Part shown: in pieces, positions 44,669-52,633 of the stretch
How the letters are laid out: the number at the start of each line of letters is the position of its first letter
Numbering within the stretch: position 1 is the stretch's first letter
From: Escherichia phage HY126
Direction: 5' to 3' (one strand)
Length of the DNA: 64,000 nucleotides
Sequence record: PP658200.1
Made by a program: the position numbers and the translations under genes
Notes under the pieces: generated by a model
What the model was told of the DNA's origin: nothing
Seen by the model: the letters and a program-made list of their open reading frames with translations, nothing else
The model's database searches: none

Positions 44669-45381
44669 TACCAGCCTTCCATAGGGAATTCCAGATAAAC
44701 TTGAGCGTTGACACGAATTTCGTTGGTAATCTTTTTAACTCGGTCTGTATTACGAGATACACGTCCGAACCAACGCCATCCATTACTAATTGCACGAGAA
44801 CCAGTGTGCCATGTTTGCCAATCAAACTGAAGAAGAGTACGGTCTGGAGCTTCCCATTTCTCTAGTTCGCCTTTTTCGATTTTTTCGAGGACTTCTTTGT
44901 GCCACTGGCGATAGATAAGTTCGCCATCAGGAATCTGACTGAACTCTGCAGTTCCTGTTGCAAAATGAGTAGGACACACATCAGCGTTAACAAGACCAAG
45001 AATATGTTCAGAATGGTAACGAGGGTTGTCATAATCAGGTTGTCCTGCAGTAATAAAGTGTTGACCAACCGGAATATCCGGGCGTGGTACATCATCATGG
45101 TGATAACCTGGGATAGCAGGGTACCAACCAGGCATCAGCATGTGGACTCGTGAATCAAATACAACCTGGTCGGTGTTCCAATCATCAGGCAAGTTCATGA
45201 TGAAGCTGCGAGTAATAGGACCACCGTTATTATAAGCAAATTCTAAACTACAGTTGAAGAACATAGGCTCGTTTTTAATCTGGTCATTTTTAATCGCATG
45301 AGCAAAACCACCTACTGCACGAGCTTGACTATTAAACACTTTAGAACTATTCATATTATTTTCCTCGACATTCTTTAACAA
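44668..45381 (-). CDS. Hypothetical protein
   Basis: ORF track 237 aa; Trp/His/Pro-rich, no recognised motif. Confidence 0.55.
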   Translation of the reverse strand: MLKNVEENNMNSSKVFNSQARAVGGFAHAIKNDQIKNEPMFFNCSLEFAYNNGGPITRSFIMNLPDDWNTDQVVFDSRVHMLMPGWYPAIPGYHHDDVPRPDIPVGQHFITAGQPDYDNPRYHSEHILGLVNADVCPTHFATGTAEFSQIPDGELIYRQWHKEVLEKIEKGELEKWEAPDRTLLQFDWQTWHTGSRAISNGWRWFGRVSRNTDRVKKITNEIRVNAQVYLEFPMEGW

Positions 45382-45661
45382 AATTTTCTAAATCTGTTGA
45401 TTCAATAGCTTTTTTACGAGCTTCAGCGTGTTCTTCTTCAGTTAATCTACGTTTAAACTTGACCCAAACATTATGGTCGAAACCTGTTGTCGCGTATAAT
45501 AACAGAGCACCAACGAATAACAAAAACGGTGATAAAAATACACAACCAGGAACACCGTCCATGCCATAGGCCTTTTGTAATACTGCAACAGAAAGCACAG
45601 CATAAAAAGGTGATGTAAGTATCGTTAAAAGGCCAATTCGGTTGGTTTCGGATAATTTCAT
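45356..45661 (-). CDS. Membrane protein, C-terminal ENFVKECR motif family
   Basis: Track ORF trimmed to ATG 45661 (GGAG SD; MKLSETNRIG...); two TM helices; ends ENFVKECRGK. Confidence 0.55.
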   Translation of the reverse strand: MKLSETNRIGLLTILTSPFYAVLSVAVLQKAYGMDGVPGCVFLSPFLLFVGALLLYATTGFDHNVWVKFKRRLTEEEHAEARKKAIESTDLENFVKECRGK

Positions 45662-45680
45662 AATATTCTCCTCATGTTTA

Positions 45681-45718
45681 ATAGGACTACTATAACATAG
45701 TCCTATCAGTTTGTACAC
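45681..45718 (-). promoter_or_regulatory. Promoter/stem-loop cassette
   Basis: Minus sense GTGTACA...TGTTATAGTAGTCCTAT with inverted repeat ATAGGACTA/TAGTCCTAT. Confidence 0.5.
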
Positions 45719-45919
45719 TTATTTTGACATTTCTTCGATGTCACGACGATACCCATCACGAACTTCACGAAGAGCTTCAAGGCCACACATAGGCTCGATA
45801 CCAGTAATGTGAACTTGATTAATCTGATACTCTACATCTTCTAACTGAGCGAAAACATAACGACGTTCTGCTGCACAACCAGGTTTAGCTTTACCGAAAC
45901 GTTTATTCAAAGTAGTCAT
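45719..45919 (-). CDS. Hypothetical protein
   Basis: Track ORF (GTG start 45937) trimmed to ATG 45919 with GGAG SD. Confidence 0.45.
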   Translation of the reverse strand: MTTLNKRFGKAKPGCAAERRYVFAQLEDVEYQINQVHITGIEPMCGLEALREVRDGYRRDIEEMSK

Positions 45920-45948
45920 TTTTATATCTCCATTCACTCATTTGTTTT

Positions 45949-45987
45949 GATAGGTCTATAGTATCAACAACTACAGACCTTGTAAAC
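45949..45987 (-). promoter_or_regulatory. Promoter/stem-loop cassette
   Basis: Minus sense GTTTACA-AGGTCT...TACTATAGACCTATC; -35 abuts the stop of 46000..46956. Confidence 0.5.
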
Positions 45988-45999
45988 AGTTTTGCGAAA

Positions 46000-46956
46000 T
46001 TATTTGAAAGGTTTTACCATATGGAAATTTTGTTTGAAACGTTTGACGTAATCGTCATGTCCTAAGCTTTGGTACATACTTACTACTTTGCTGTAGTTTT
46101 CCCAGGCATACTCACGGAACCAACCAGAGGTGATGCTTGTACAGACTTTTTCCAATGCCATCATGAAACTGACTTCAGGATTAATTTTAAAGTCATTAGG
46201 AATTTGAGAACGTTCTAATGCTAGTACACATGATTCTTCGTATACACCGGCCAATTTGACCATTTCTGGTAATGATTCAAACTTCTCGCGTGAGGTCATG
46301 ACTTCAGAACCATCTTTCATATAAAATGTATACGCTGGACGGTCTGTTAGTGCAATGGCTTCATGAATAGTATCATGGTCATACGTATAGATGTCATCTT
46401 TAAAGAACGCACTTTTAGAAGTGTCAAGAACTGGGTGAGCATAGTTCAAGGTTTCTTTCTGGCGTTTCAGCATAATTTCAGTAAGTTCATCGTTCAGTGT
46501 AACACCTTTACCACGAAGATACTGAATATGGTTCATAGTCTTTAAAAAGAATGGATTATTTTTCTTGAAACGATGAGACATCTTAATTGCAAGACATAAC
46601 TCAGGAGTTGCCCAATAAAACCCGTTCAAACGGTCTTTAGACAAATTTTTCTTGGCGTATTTTAAAAGGTCATAAGAAGACGTGAAATCTTCAGGAGTGA
46701 GTTCACCGACTAATTCACGGACATTAGTGATTGCCGGAACAATATATGCTTCAAAATGAGTTTCGCGTCCATTATGGAAGCATTTGAAAACTTGGACATC
46801 AGGGTTATCTTGTTGAACATATACACCCATCATTTGATTTTTGAATGCATTCCAAGAACCTTGGTCTGCAATAAAGTCCCAGTCACTATTTTTGATAGCG
46901 TTAGAATCAATAAGACCATGATAGTGAAGTGCACGAGAACCAATAACTAACATCAT
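46000..46956 (-). CDS. Hypothetical 318-aa protein
   Basis: ORF track; N-terminal IGSRALHYHG...SDWDF is only loosely nucleotidyltransferase-like (spacing atypical). Confidence 0.6.
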   Translation of the reverse strand: MMLVIGSRALHYHGLIDSNAIKNSDWDFIADQGSWNAFKNQMMGVYVQQDNPDVQVFKCFHNGRETHFEAYIVPAITNVRELVGELTPEDFTSSYDLLKYAKKNLSKDRLNGFYWATPELCLAIKMSHRFKKNNPFFLKTMNHIQYLRGKGVTLNDELTEIMLKRQKETLNYAHPVLDTSKSAFFKDDIYTYDHDTIHEAIALTDRPAYTFYMKDGSEVMTSREKFESLPEMVKLAGVYEESCVLALERSQIPNDFKINPEVSFMMALEKVCTSITSGWFREYAWENYSKVVSMYQSLGHDDYVKRFKQNFHMVKPFK

Positions 46957-46984
46957 AATATTTTCCTCGGATTAATTCATTAAC

Positions 46985-47224
46985 TTAAATTTCACGACAT
47001 GCGATATCATATTCATCCCAGAGGTCATCGTGTGAAGCCTCTACCAATGGAACGATTGTACCATTTATGTCTTCATTATAAGGGCAAATTGTACAGTGTG
47101 CGTCTTCGAATCGGATACCTTTGTGTTCAGATTTTTTATAACGCATATCGAATATCTTTGCAAATTTTTCACGAGTAATGGTTTTACCAACCACTTTGGT
47201 TCCGATACTTTCGTAATAAATCAT
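46985..47224 (-). CDS. Hypothetical protein
   Basis: Track ORF trimmed to ATG 47224 with GGAG SD; CTICPY...IACREI. Confidence 0.45.
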   Translation of the reverse strand: MIYYESIGTKVVGKTITREKFAKIFDMRYKKSEHKGIRFEDAHCTICPYNEDINGTIVPLVEASHDDLWDEYDIACREI

Positions 47225-47243
47225 TGTGGACTCCATTTAATTT

Positions 47244-47282
47244 GATAGGACTACTATAACATAGCCCTATCTTGTTGTAAAC
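47244..47282 (-). promoter_or_regulatory. Promoter/stem-loop cassette
   Basis: Minus sense GTTTACA...TGTTATAGTAGTCCTATC. Confidence 0.5.
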
Positions 47283-47286
47283 TGTT

Positions 47287-47484
47287 TTAGCAAGAATAAC
47301 TAGACGATACCCAGCCTTGAACAGTGATACTATTGTGGGATAATGAGATCGCGTCCTGGAGATTCAGACCTGCGTTATCTTCAATCCATAACGTAACTTC
47401 TTCGCGTTCTTCTGTTGCAATTTGGAACAGGTTTTCCAGAGCAGCTACTGCCGTACGTACAGCACAATCTAATTCACGAGACAT
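47287..47484 (-). CDS. Small acidic protein, member 1 of C-terminal W-x-SS-x-x-C triad
   Basis: ORF track 65 aa; ends QGWVSSSYSC. Confidence 0.5.
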   Translation of the reverse strand: MSRELDCAVRTAVAALENLFQIATEEREEVTLWIEDNAGLNLQDAISLSHNSITVQGWVSSSYSC

Positions 47485-47493
47485 ATGGTTTCC

Positions 47494-47766
47494 TTAGCAA
47501 GTGTGAGAAGATGCGATCCAACCACCAGTTTCGAGGCTTAGGTTGTAGTCGTATTGGTAAACGTCGGCCCATTCAGCATAGCCGTTTTTTGTACAACGTT
47601 CAAGGTCGGCTTTAAGCTGTCCGGGTGAATGATATGTTCCACCCATACCATAAGCTGGATACAAGTCGAATGTTGTGTTTTGTTTATCAGCAATTTCTTT
47701 GGCAGCCTCAATAGCTGCATAGATTTTTGCTACAGCTTCAGCCAGTTCGGTTTGTTCTTTAGACAT
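47494..47766 (-). CDS. Small acidic protein, member 2 of triad
   Basis: ORF track 90 aa; ends TGGWIASSHTC. Confidence 0.5.
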   Translation of the reverse strand: MSKEQTELAEAVAKIYAAIEAAKEIADKQNTTFDLYPAYGMGGTYHSPGQLKADLERCTKNGYAEWADVYQYDYNLSLETGGWIASSHTC

Positions 47767-47775
47767 AGTGATTCC

Positions 47776-48081
47776 TTAGCACAACGCAGAAGACGAAACC
47801 CAAGCACCTTCAGTAATAACGTAACCATTACCTTCACGCTTAACATCGCCACCATTATTTTCAATTTCATTTTTCATCCACTGGGATACGATTTCACCCT
47901 TAGGATAATAAGTACGACCGCTACCATAATCACCTACAGAAAATGATACGGCATATTGGTCTGCGATCTTTGTTGCTTCTTCTTCGATACGTTCAGCTTG
48001 ATTCAGAAGTTTATAAATTGCATCTGAAGCGGATTTGGCATCATTAAACTCTGGTACTTTAATTTCAATAATCTTACTCAT
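47776..48081 (-). CDS. Small acidic protein, member 3 of triad
   Basis: ORF track 101 aa; ends EGAWVSSSALC. Confidence 0.5.
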   Translation of the reverse strand: MSKIIEIKVPEFNDAKSASDAIYKLLNQAERIEEEATKIADQYAVSFSVGDYGSGRTYYPKGEIVSQWMKNEIENNGGDVKREGNGYVITEGAWVSSSALC

Positions 48082-48437
48082 TTTCTACATTCCTTAATAA
48101 AGTTTTCGATTGTTTCATTTTCACGTCTAGCTAGGAGTTCATTATAACTAATCATTTGAGAAGCGTAAACCTTTTTATTTTTCTTGTTGTGGTTTATAAA
48201 ATCGTAGTAAAAATAGACTACAGTACAAAATGATGCGATGGATGCAAAGGCTTGGGTATACCGTAAGTCCTGCCATTGGTCTGTGAATCCACCAGTGTTC
48301 CCTATAAATCCTAACACAACGCCGTCAATAAGAAATCCAACTAATCCAAAGGCAAATCCCATGCCAATACTCATAATAAAAATTAGAATGTTCTCACCAA
48401 GAGAAGGCCATACGGTTAAGAGTTGAGGCTTTTGCAT
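48078..48437 (-). CDS. Membrane protein, C-terminal ENFIKECR motif family
   Basis: ORF track 119 aa; two TM helices; ends ENETIENFIKECRK. Confidence 0.55.
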   Translation of the reverse strand: MQKPQLLTVWPSLGENILIFIMSIGMGFAFGLVGFLIDGVVLGFIGNTGGFTDQWQDLRYTQAFASIASFCTVVYFYYDFINHNKKNKKVYASQMISYNELLARRENETIENFIKECRK

Positions 48438-48811
48438 CTTATTTCCTTAACGAATTCCATAGCTTCTTCATATTCATACTTTTTAACAGCTTCATCATAC
48501 TGAGCTTGGGCTTTTGCGCACTGAACTTTCCATTCTCTTAATCGGGCTCTGTGATGACGGCCTTGGTGCCAATATCCTACCCAATTAATAGGCATTAATA
48601 AAAACGGTACAATAAGTGGTGCGACGAACATTAATGAAAATGCTGCATCAGACGATATAACTTCACTAGAATCTAAAACAGCTCCTATAATCATAAAGAT
48701 TAAAAATGCTAAAGCCAAAATAGGGCCAAATAGTACTTCGTTTGGGATTAATTTACGTTTGTATTCGTATGCCCAGGGCTTAATTGGCATGTACAGGGTT
48801 GGCTTTGACAT
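48416..48811 (-). CDS. Membrane protein, C-terminal MEFVKEIRCK motif family
   Basis: Track ORF (TTG start 48841) trimmed to first ATG 48811; start uncertain. Confidence 0.5.
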   Translation of the reverse strand: MSKPTLYMPIKPWAYEYKRKLIPNEVLFGPILALAFLIFMIIGAVLDSSEVISSDAAFSLMFVAPLIVPFLLMPINWVGYWHQGRHHRARLREWKVQCAKAQAQYDEAVKKYEYEEAMEFVKEIRCKSLNS

Positions 48812-49382
48812 ATTCTCTACATTCCATAATAAATTGCTCAAGGATTAAATTGTTAGTGAAATTAGGACTAACAACCATAGTTTCATAAAGCGCATCAATA
48901 GCACTTAAAGCATCAACTCTTTTAAGCAAAAGCTTGCCTTCATACATAGTTTCAGAATCGACGATTAACGTAAAGTAATATTTTTTATTATCGACTAGAA
49001 CTTCTGTATCGATATAAAACATATTAGACCTCAGAAGCTTATCTCTAAAACCATAATAATCTTCTGAATGTTCACTGATATATTCCCATTCAGTGTTTAA
49101 ACAACAAACAGACCACGTAGGAGCGACGAAATCAGTGAATCTAATATCATGGTCTGCAACTAGTTTAGCAATAGCTCCGATATCATGAATCATAATACCT
49201 GGGGCTAATAAAGATTTTCTGCTATGGCTAGCCGTTTTCTCGGTGGTCTCATAAGAAGCTGACCAGTACCATTTACGTCCGGTTGCAACATATCGTAATG
49301 AATCAACTAAAGACGTAGGTGGATTTACCTTATCTCGGAACTCTTCGAACATTGAGTCAATATCATTATTTTGGTTTCGCAT
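48780..49382 (-). CDS. Hypothetical protein with LEQFIMECRE motif near C-terminus
   Basis: Track ORF trimmed to ATG 49382 (MRNQNNDIDSMFEEF...). Confidence 0.5.
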   Translation of the reverse strand: MRNQNNDIDSMFEEFRDKVNPPTSLVDSLRYVATGRKWYWSASYETTEKTASHSRKSLLAPGIMIHDIGAIAKLVADHDIRFTDFVAPTWSVCCLNTEWEYISEHSEDYYGFRDKLLRSNMFYIDTEVLVDNKKYYFTLIVDSETMYEGKLLLKRVDALSAIDALYETMVVSPNFTNNLILEQFIMECREYVKANPVHAN

Positions 49383-49431
49383 GTTAACTCCTTTATTATC
49401 CAAAAGGAGGACCGGAGTCCTCCGTATTATT

Positions 49432-50025
49432 TTATTTCAAAGAGTTAATATATTCTTGTACATCAGCAGAAGTGGTTTCGACACCGGCTGGAGTACCATT
49501 GAACGTTTCAACACGAGTCAGAGTGTCTTCGATATCAACCTTAGTCAGCGCAGCGATTTCAATTACATCATCGGCCGTAGAGATACCAAGGGCATTGGCT
49601 GCTCGAGTTTCACGAATGTATTCGAGTTTGATTGCCAGATTCTGACGAGCATCATCAAGTTCAACCACCTTACGAGCAATTTCAATTCGCATAGCGGCAT
49701 ACCCGTCAGCTTTTGTATTAAGTTGTTCGGCAGTTCGACGATACAGAAGACCAAGCTTAGCATGCATGGTAACATCTTGTCCTTCAGCCAGGAGCTTACG
49801 AATTTCACGTTCCTTAGAAGCGGCTTGCTTATTCTTTTCAATAACAAGTTCGCGAATACGTTTTTCTTCATTAATAGATTTAACAGAAGCCGTTTTTAGT
49901 TCTTTGATTTGGGTAATCAACTTATCTGCAGCTGCGTTATACTGTTCTTCGACAGTCAGATTTTTAGCCATAGCAGTACCCAGTTTAGTGCGGATGAATT
50001 CAACAAGTTTCTTCAGTGTGTTCAT
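49432..50025 (-). CDS. Coiled-coil protein (PspA-like resemblance only)
   Basis: Track ORF (TTG start) trimmed to ATG 50025; ~200 aa predicted all-helical. Confidence 0.55.
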   Translation of the reverse strand: MNTLKKLVEFIRTKLGTAMAKNLTVEEQYNAAADKLITQIKELKTASVKSINEEKRIRELVIEKNKQAASKEREIRKLLAEGQDVTMHAKLGLLYRRTAEQLNTKADGYAAMRIEIARKVVELDDARQNLAIKLEYIRETRAANALGISTADDVIEIAALTKVDIEDTLTRVETFNGTPAGVETTSADVQEYINSLK

Positions 50026-50060
50026 ATTATTACCTTTCAATTGGTGGTTTATTATCCAAT

Positions 50061-50095
50061 GAGAGCATTATACTCTGCTCTCAAGAGTTTGTAAA
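50061..50095 (-). promoter_or_regulatory. Early-type promoter TTTACA-17-TATAAT with GAGAGC/GCTCTC repeat
   Basis: Read directly; canonical spacing; inverted repeat brackets the -10; duplicated at 19646..19674. Confidence 0.45.
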
Positions 50096-50323
50096 TTATT
50101 TTTTAATCAAATTGACATAAAACTTGGCGTCTTCGGGGTGCATGCCTTCACAGTATTCTTCAACCATGAACTTCTTAACAGCTTCATAAGGACCGCTCAG
50201 ATTAAGCTCAGTTGTCCAGAACTTGGAATCTTGGACTGAATCGATACGAACTTCAGGGTGTCGGTTGCGAATAACTTCTTCGGTGTATTCATAATCAACG
50301 ACATCAATACTAACTTTAGCCAT
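50096..50323 (-). CDS. Hypothetical protein
   Basis: ORF track 75 aa. Confidence 0.5.
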   Translation of the reverse strand: MAKVSIDVVDYEYTEEVIRNRHPEVRIDSVQDSKFWTTELNLSGPYEAVKKFMVEEYCEGMHPEDAKFYVNLIKK

Positions 50324-50342
50324 TTTGTTTTCCTCTTGATTT

Positions 50343-50380
50343 GATAGGACTACTATAACATAAACTTACTTAGATGTAAA
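50343..50380 (-). promoter_or_regulatory. Promoter cassette TTTACA-17-TATAGT + AGTCCTATC
   Basis: Minus sense; -35 overlaps the stop codon of 50370..50534. Confidence 0.5.
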
Positions 50381-50534
50381 TTATTTCAACGTCACCTTTA
50401 GCTGCTTTATAACCTTCAGCCCAAGATACAACAGAGTTTTTATCTGAGGATTCAAATTCAGGCATTGGGCTTTCGCCAATGTTCACACAGTATGTTTCTT
50501 CATTTTCGTCAAACCAAATAATTAAAGTAGTCAT
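50370..50534 (-). CDS. Hypothetical 54-aa protein
   Basis: Track ORF trimmed to ATG 50534 (MTTLIIWFDENEETY...). Confidence 0.4.
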   Translation of the reverse strand: MTTLIIWFDENEETYCVNIGESPMPEFESSDKNSVVSWAEGYKAAKGDVEIIYI

Positions 50535-50555
50535 TTTGTTTACTCCTCTGTAGTT

Positions 50556-50593
50556 GATAAGTCTATAGTAACACCGTCCTTGGCGTTTGTACA
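50556..50593 (-). promoter_or_regulatory. Promoter cassette TGTACA...TTACTATAGACTTATC
   Basis: Minus sense; -35 abuts stop of 50594..51097. Confidence 0.5.
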
Positions 50594-51097
50594 TCATTTA
50601 TTTTTAATTTTGCAAATTTTTTCTGCTTCAGCAATTGCAGCGTCAATGATGCTTTGTGCAATTTTATTACTAGTTGACCTGGCAATCACACTAAGAACAA
50701 TTTCTTTTTCTTCACCACCCCAACCCCAAGTCCTTTGTTCGTGGGTACCTTTAACTACAGCTGAAACTTCAACAGAACGTCCACCATCAGAAGTTTTAAC
50801 ATCTACAACCCAATCACCATCTTTCTCTTCTACCCTTGATTTATCCCAAGAAATACTAATATATGATTCGCTGTCAATAGAAGTCGCCGGGTTTTTCTCT
50901 ACCGTAAGACCTTCACTTTCCAGCCATTCAATAGTATTTGCGCATAAATCAGAAGAACACCTCATCGGAAACCTGCAAGATTTTTCACCTTTAGCTGCAG
51001 TGTTATACATCTTTTCTAAAATACGCTTTTGCACGTTTTTAAAAATAGTTTCAGCAGATTCTTCAGATTTTTTATTCAGTTCGGTATAAAGACTCAT
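50594..51097 (-). CDS. Hypothetical protein
   Basis: ORF track 167 aa. Confidence 0.55.
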   Translation of the reverse strand: MSLYTELNKKSEESAETIFKNVQKRILEKMYNTAAKGEKSCRFPMRCSSDLCANTIEWLESEGLTVEKNPATSIDSESYISISWDKSRVEEKDGDWVVDVKTSDGGRSVEVSAVVKGTHEQRTWGWGGEEKEIVLSVIARSTSNKIAQSIIDAAIAEAEKICKIKNK

Positions 51098-51116
51098 AAC
51101 ATTTTCCTCATGTTTT

Positions 51117-51154
51117 TATAGGTCTATAGTAACACATCTAGGGAAGAAGTAAAC
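51117..51154 (-). promoter_or_regulatory. Promoter cassette GTTTAC...TTACTATAGACCTATA
   Basis: Minus sense, upstream of 50594..51097. Confidence 0.5.
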
Positions 51155-51186
51155 AACTTTTTCAGTAAGTTATAGACCCCCTAATG

Positions 51187-51202
51187 GGGACCGAAGTCCC
51201 CA
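51187..51202 (-). terminator. Stem-loop GGGGAC-UUCG-GUCCCC immediately 3' of 51207..51833
   Basis: 6-bp GC stem with UUCG loop 5 nt after stop; no U tract, so may be a stability element rather than a terminator. Confidence 0.35.
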
Positions 51203-51206
51203 TTCT

Positions 51207-51833
51207 TTACTTACGAGTTTTTGCATACTGAGCAGCGTCAGCAGCCAAACGACCTGCCTGACGAAGTTTTTCTTTAATCGCATCGTGAAGTGGTTGAGTA
51301 TACTTCAAACCTTCGATAGTCAAATAAAGACGATAAAGGTCTGGGGTATCAAGGTTGTTGATATGTTGGCCATTACGAAGACTGTTGAATTCACGAACGA
51401 GTGAAGATGTATCGGATTCAATATCACGAACAAGCGAAGATAGTTGTTTATATTTTTTTTCCAGGCTAGAAGTATCAAACTTAAGAGCAGGAGCTTTAGG
51501 AGTTGCTTTTACTTCCGGCTTAGGCTCAGGTTTTGCTATTGCTTTAGGGGTCGCAGGTTTAGGAACGGTAGGAGCAGGTTTTACTTTAGGCGAACCCGAT
51601 TTAGCAGAAACACCGCCACTAACAATATCTTTGAATGCTTTAGAAGCTCTGTAATATTCTTTTTGGCTGGAAGTGTCGATACCATACATGGCTTGAACGT
51701 TTTTGAAAAACTCTGTACTAGTTTTTGTACCAGAAATAGCATCGTAAGCAGCTTGCCATTTCTCTTTTGTCATACGTACACCGGCTTCGGTGATTACTTC
51801 CGTTTCGGCTAAAAATTCATTAAAAGTATACAT
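51207..51833 (-). CDS. Internal-protein-like (leader MYTFNEFLAE) with Lys/Pro/Ala-rich central region
   Basis: ORF track 208 aa; CTS-like leader; SPKVKPAPTVPKPATPKAIAKPEPKPEVKATPKAP low-complexity segment. Confidence 0.6.
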   Translation of the reverse strand: MYTFNEFLAETEVITEAGVRMTKEKWQAAYDAISGTKTSTEFFKNVQAMYGIDTSSQKEYYRASKAFKDIVSGGVSAKSGSPKVKPAPTVPKPATPKAIAKPEPKPEVKATPKAPALKFDTSSLEKKYKQLSSLVRDIESDTSSLVREFNSLRNGQHINNLDTPDLYRLYLTIEGLKYTQPLHDAIKEKLRQAGRLAADAAQYAKTRK

Positions 51834-51868
51834 TGATGGTCCTTAGAAAGTAGGTTTATTGTTTACTA

Positions 51869-51876
51869 TATTTATA
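51869..51876 (-). promoter_or_regulatory. Late promoter TATAAATA
   Basis: Exact TATAAATA on minus strand ~36 nt upstream of the 51833 ATG. Confidence 0.5.
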
Positions 51877-51877
51877 C

Positions 51878-51906
51878 AAAAAAGCCCCAACCTTTCGGAA
51901 GGGGCT
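51878..51906 (-). terminator. Rho-independent terminator (AGCCCC-loop-GGGGCU + U6)
   Basis: GC stem and six U on the minus-strand transcript, 3' of the ORF-free 51950..52200 region. Confidence 0.7.
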
Positions 51907-51949
51907 ATATACCTTGTCGGGGTTTCCACCTACTAAGGCAAGTGTTTGT

Positions 51950-52195
51950 ACGAAACGCCGGGATTCGAACCCGGTTATTAAGCAGTTGACGCTACTCAAT
52001 ATTTTTAAAAGGCCATATCTCGACCATATCCGAACGTTCCGTCAAAAACGCTACTCGGCTTACGGCAAAGATATTTCCTCGAATCGATAATTCTTTGCGC
52101 CGTTTCTGCTGTGATGTAAGGGGATATTAACAAATCATAAAGATTTATTAAGACCAGTCCTTACTCAGGGAACATCAGTCCGACGACTTGCCGGT
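51950..52195 (-). ncRNA. Candidate stable RNA with tRNA-like 3' end (T4 rnaC/rnaD-like position)
   Basis: ~250 nt without credible ORF; minus-strand 3' end CCGGGTTCGAATCCCGG-CGTTTCG mimics tRNA T-arm/acceptor but no full cloverleaf; several internal stems. Confidence 0.3.
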
Positions 52196-52209
52196 AGCGA
52201 CCCGGCTTC

Positions 52210-52554
52210 TTATTTTGACATATCATCAATTTGTTCTCTACGTCTACGCCATAGATTAATTACTTCATCAACACATTCAGCATTTGGTATATGACGACAA
52301 TAGTATAGTGATTCGCGTTTCTGGAACCGATGTTGTAATGGAATTTCGTTTAAAAGGTCTTTACGGTCAAAGTATTCAAAACTAGTTAACCCGGAACGGT
52401 TTTTAAGAAACTTCCAATGTCCGAATTCATTTTGAAAATAGACATAATCAGCATGCTGATACAGCGAATTAATTAACCTATCGGAAATAACTGTTTCACG
52501 TTCGTTAAAATAAAACGTTAAGTCATGAACTACCAGATAAATATTGCCTTTCAT
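52210..52554 (-). CDS. Hypothetical protein
   Basis: Track ORF trimmed to ATG 52554 with GAGG SD (MKGNIYLVVHDLTF...). Confidence 0.45.
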   Translation of the reverse strand: MKGNIYLVVHDLTFYFNERETVISDRLINSLYQHADYVYFQNEFGHWKFLKNRSGLTSFEYFDRKDLLNEIPLQHRFQKRESLYYCRHIPNAECVDEVINLWRRRREQIDDMSK

Positions 52555-52633
52555 ATTTTCCTCACTTAAAGTTGGTGCCTCTAGAAAGATTTGAACTCTC
52601 ACCATTAACCTTAGAACGATTATATGCTATCCA

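Noticed and set aside
49432-50025. PspA/IM30 phage-shock-protein homolog
   Set aside because: Resemblance is limited to size and all-helical coiled-coil character; no diagnostic motif, so called only as coiled-coil protein.
51950-52040. A third tRNA at 51950..52040 suggested by a perfect T-arm and acceptor-like 3' end
   Set aside because: No D-arm or anticodon arm could be folded in either type I or type II geometry; reported instead as a candidate stable RNA.
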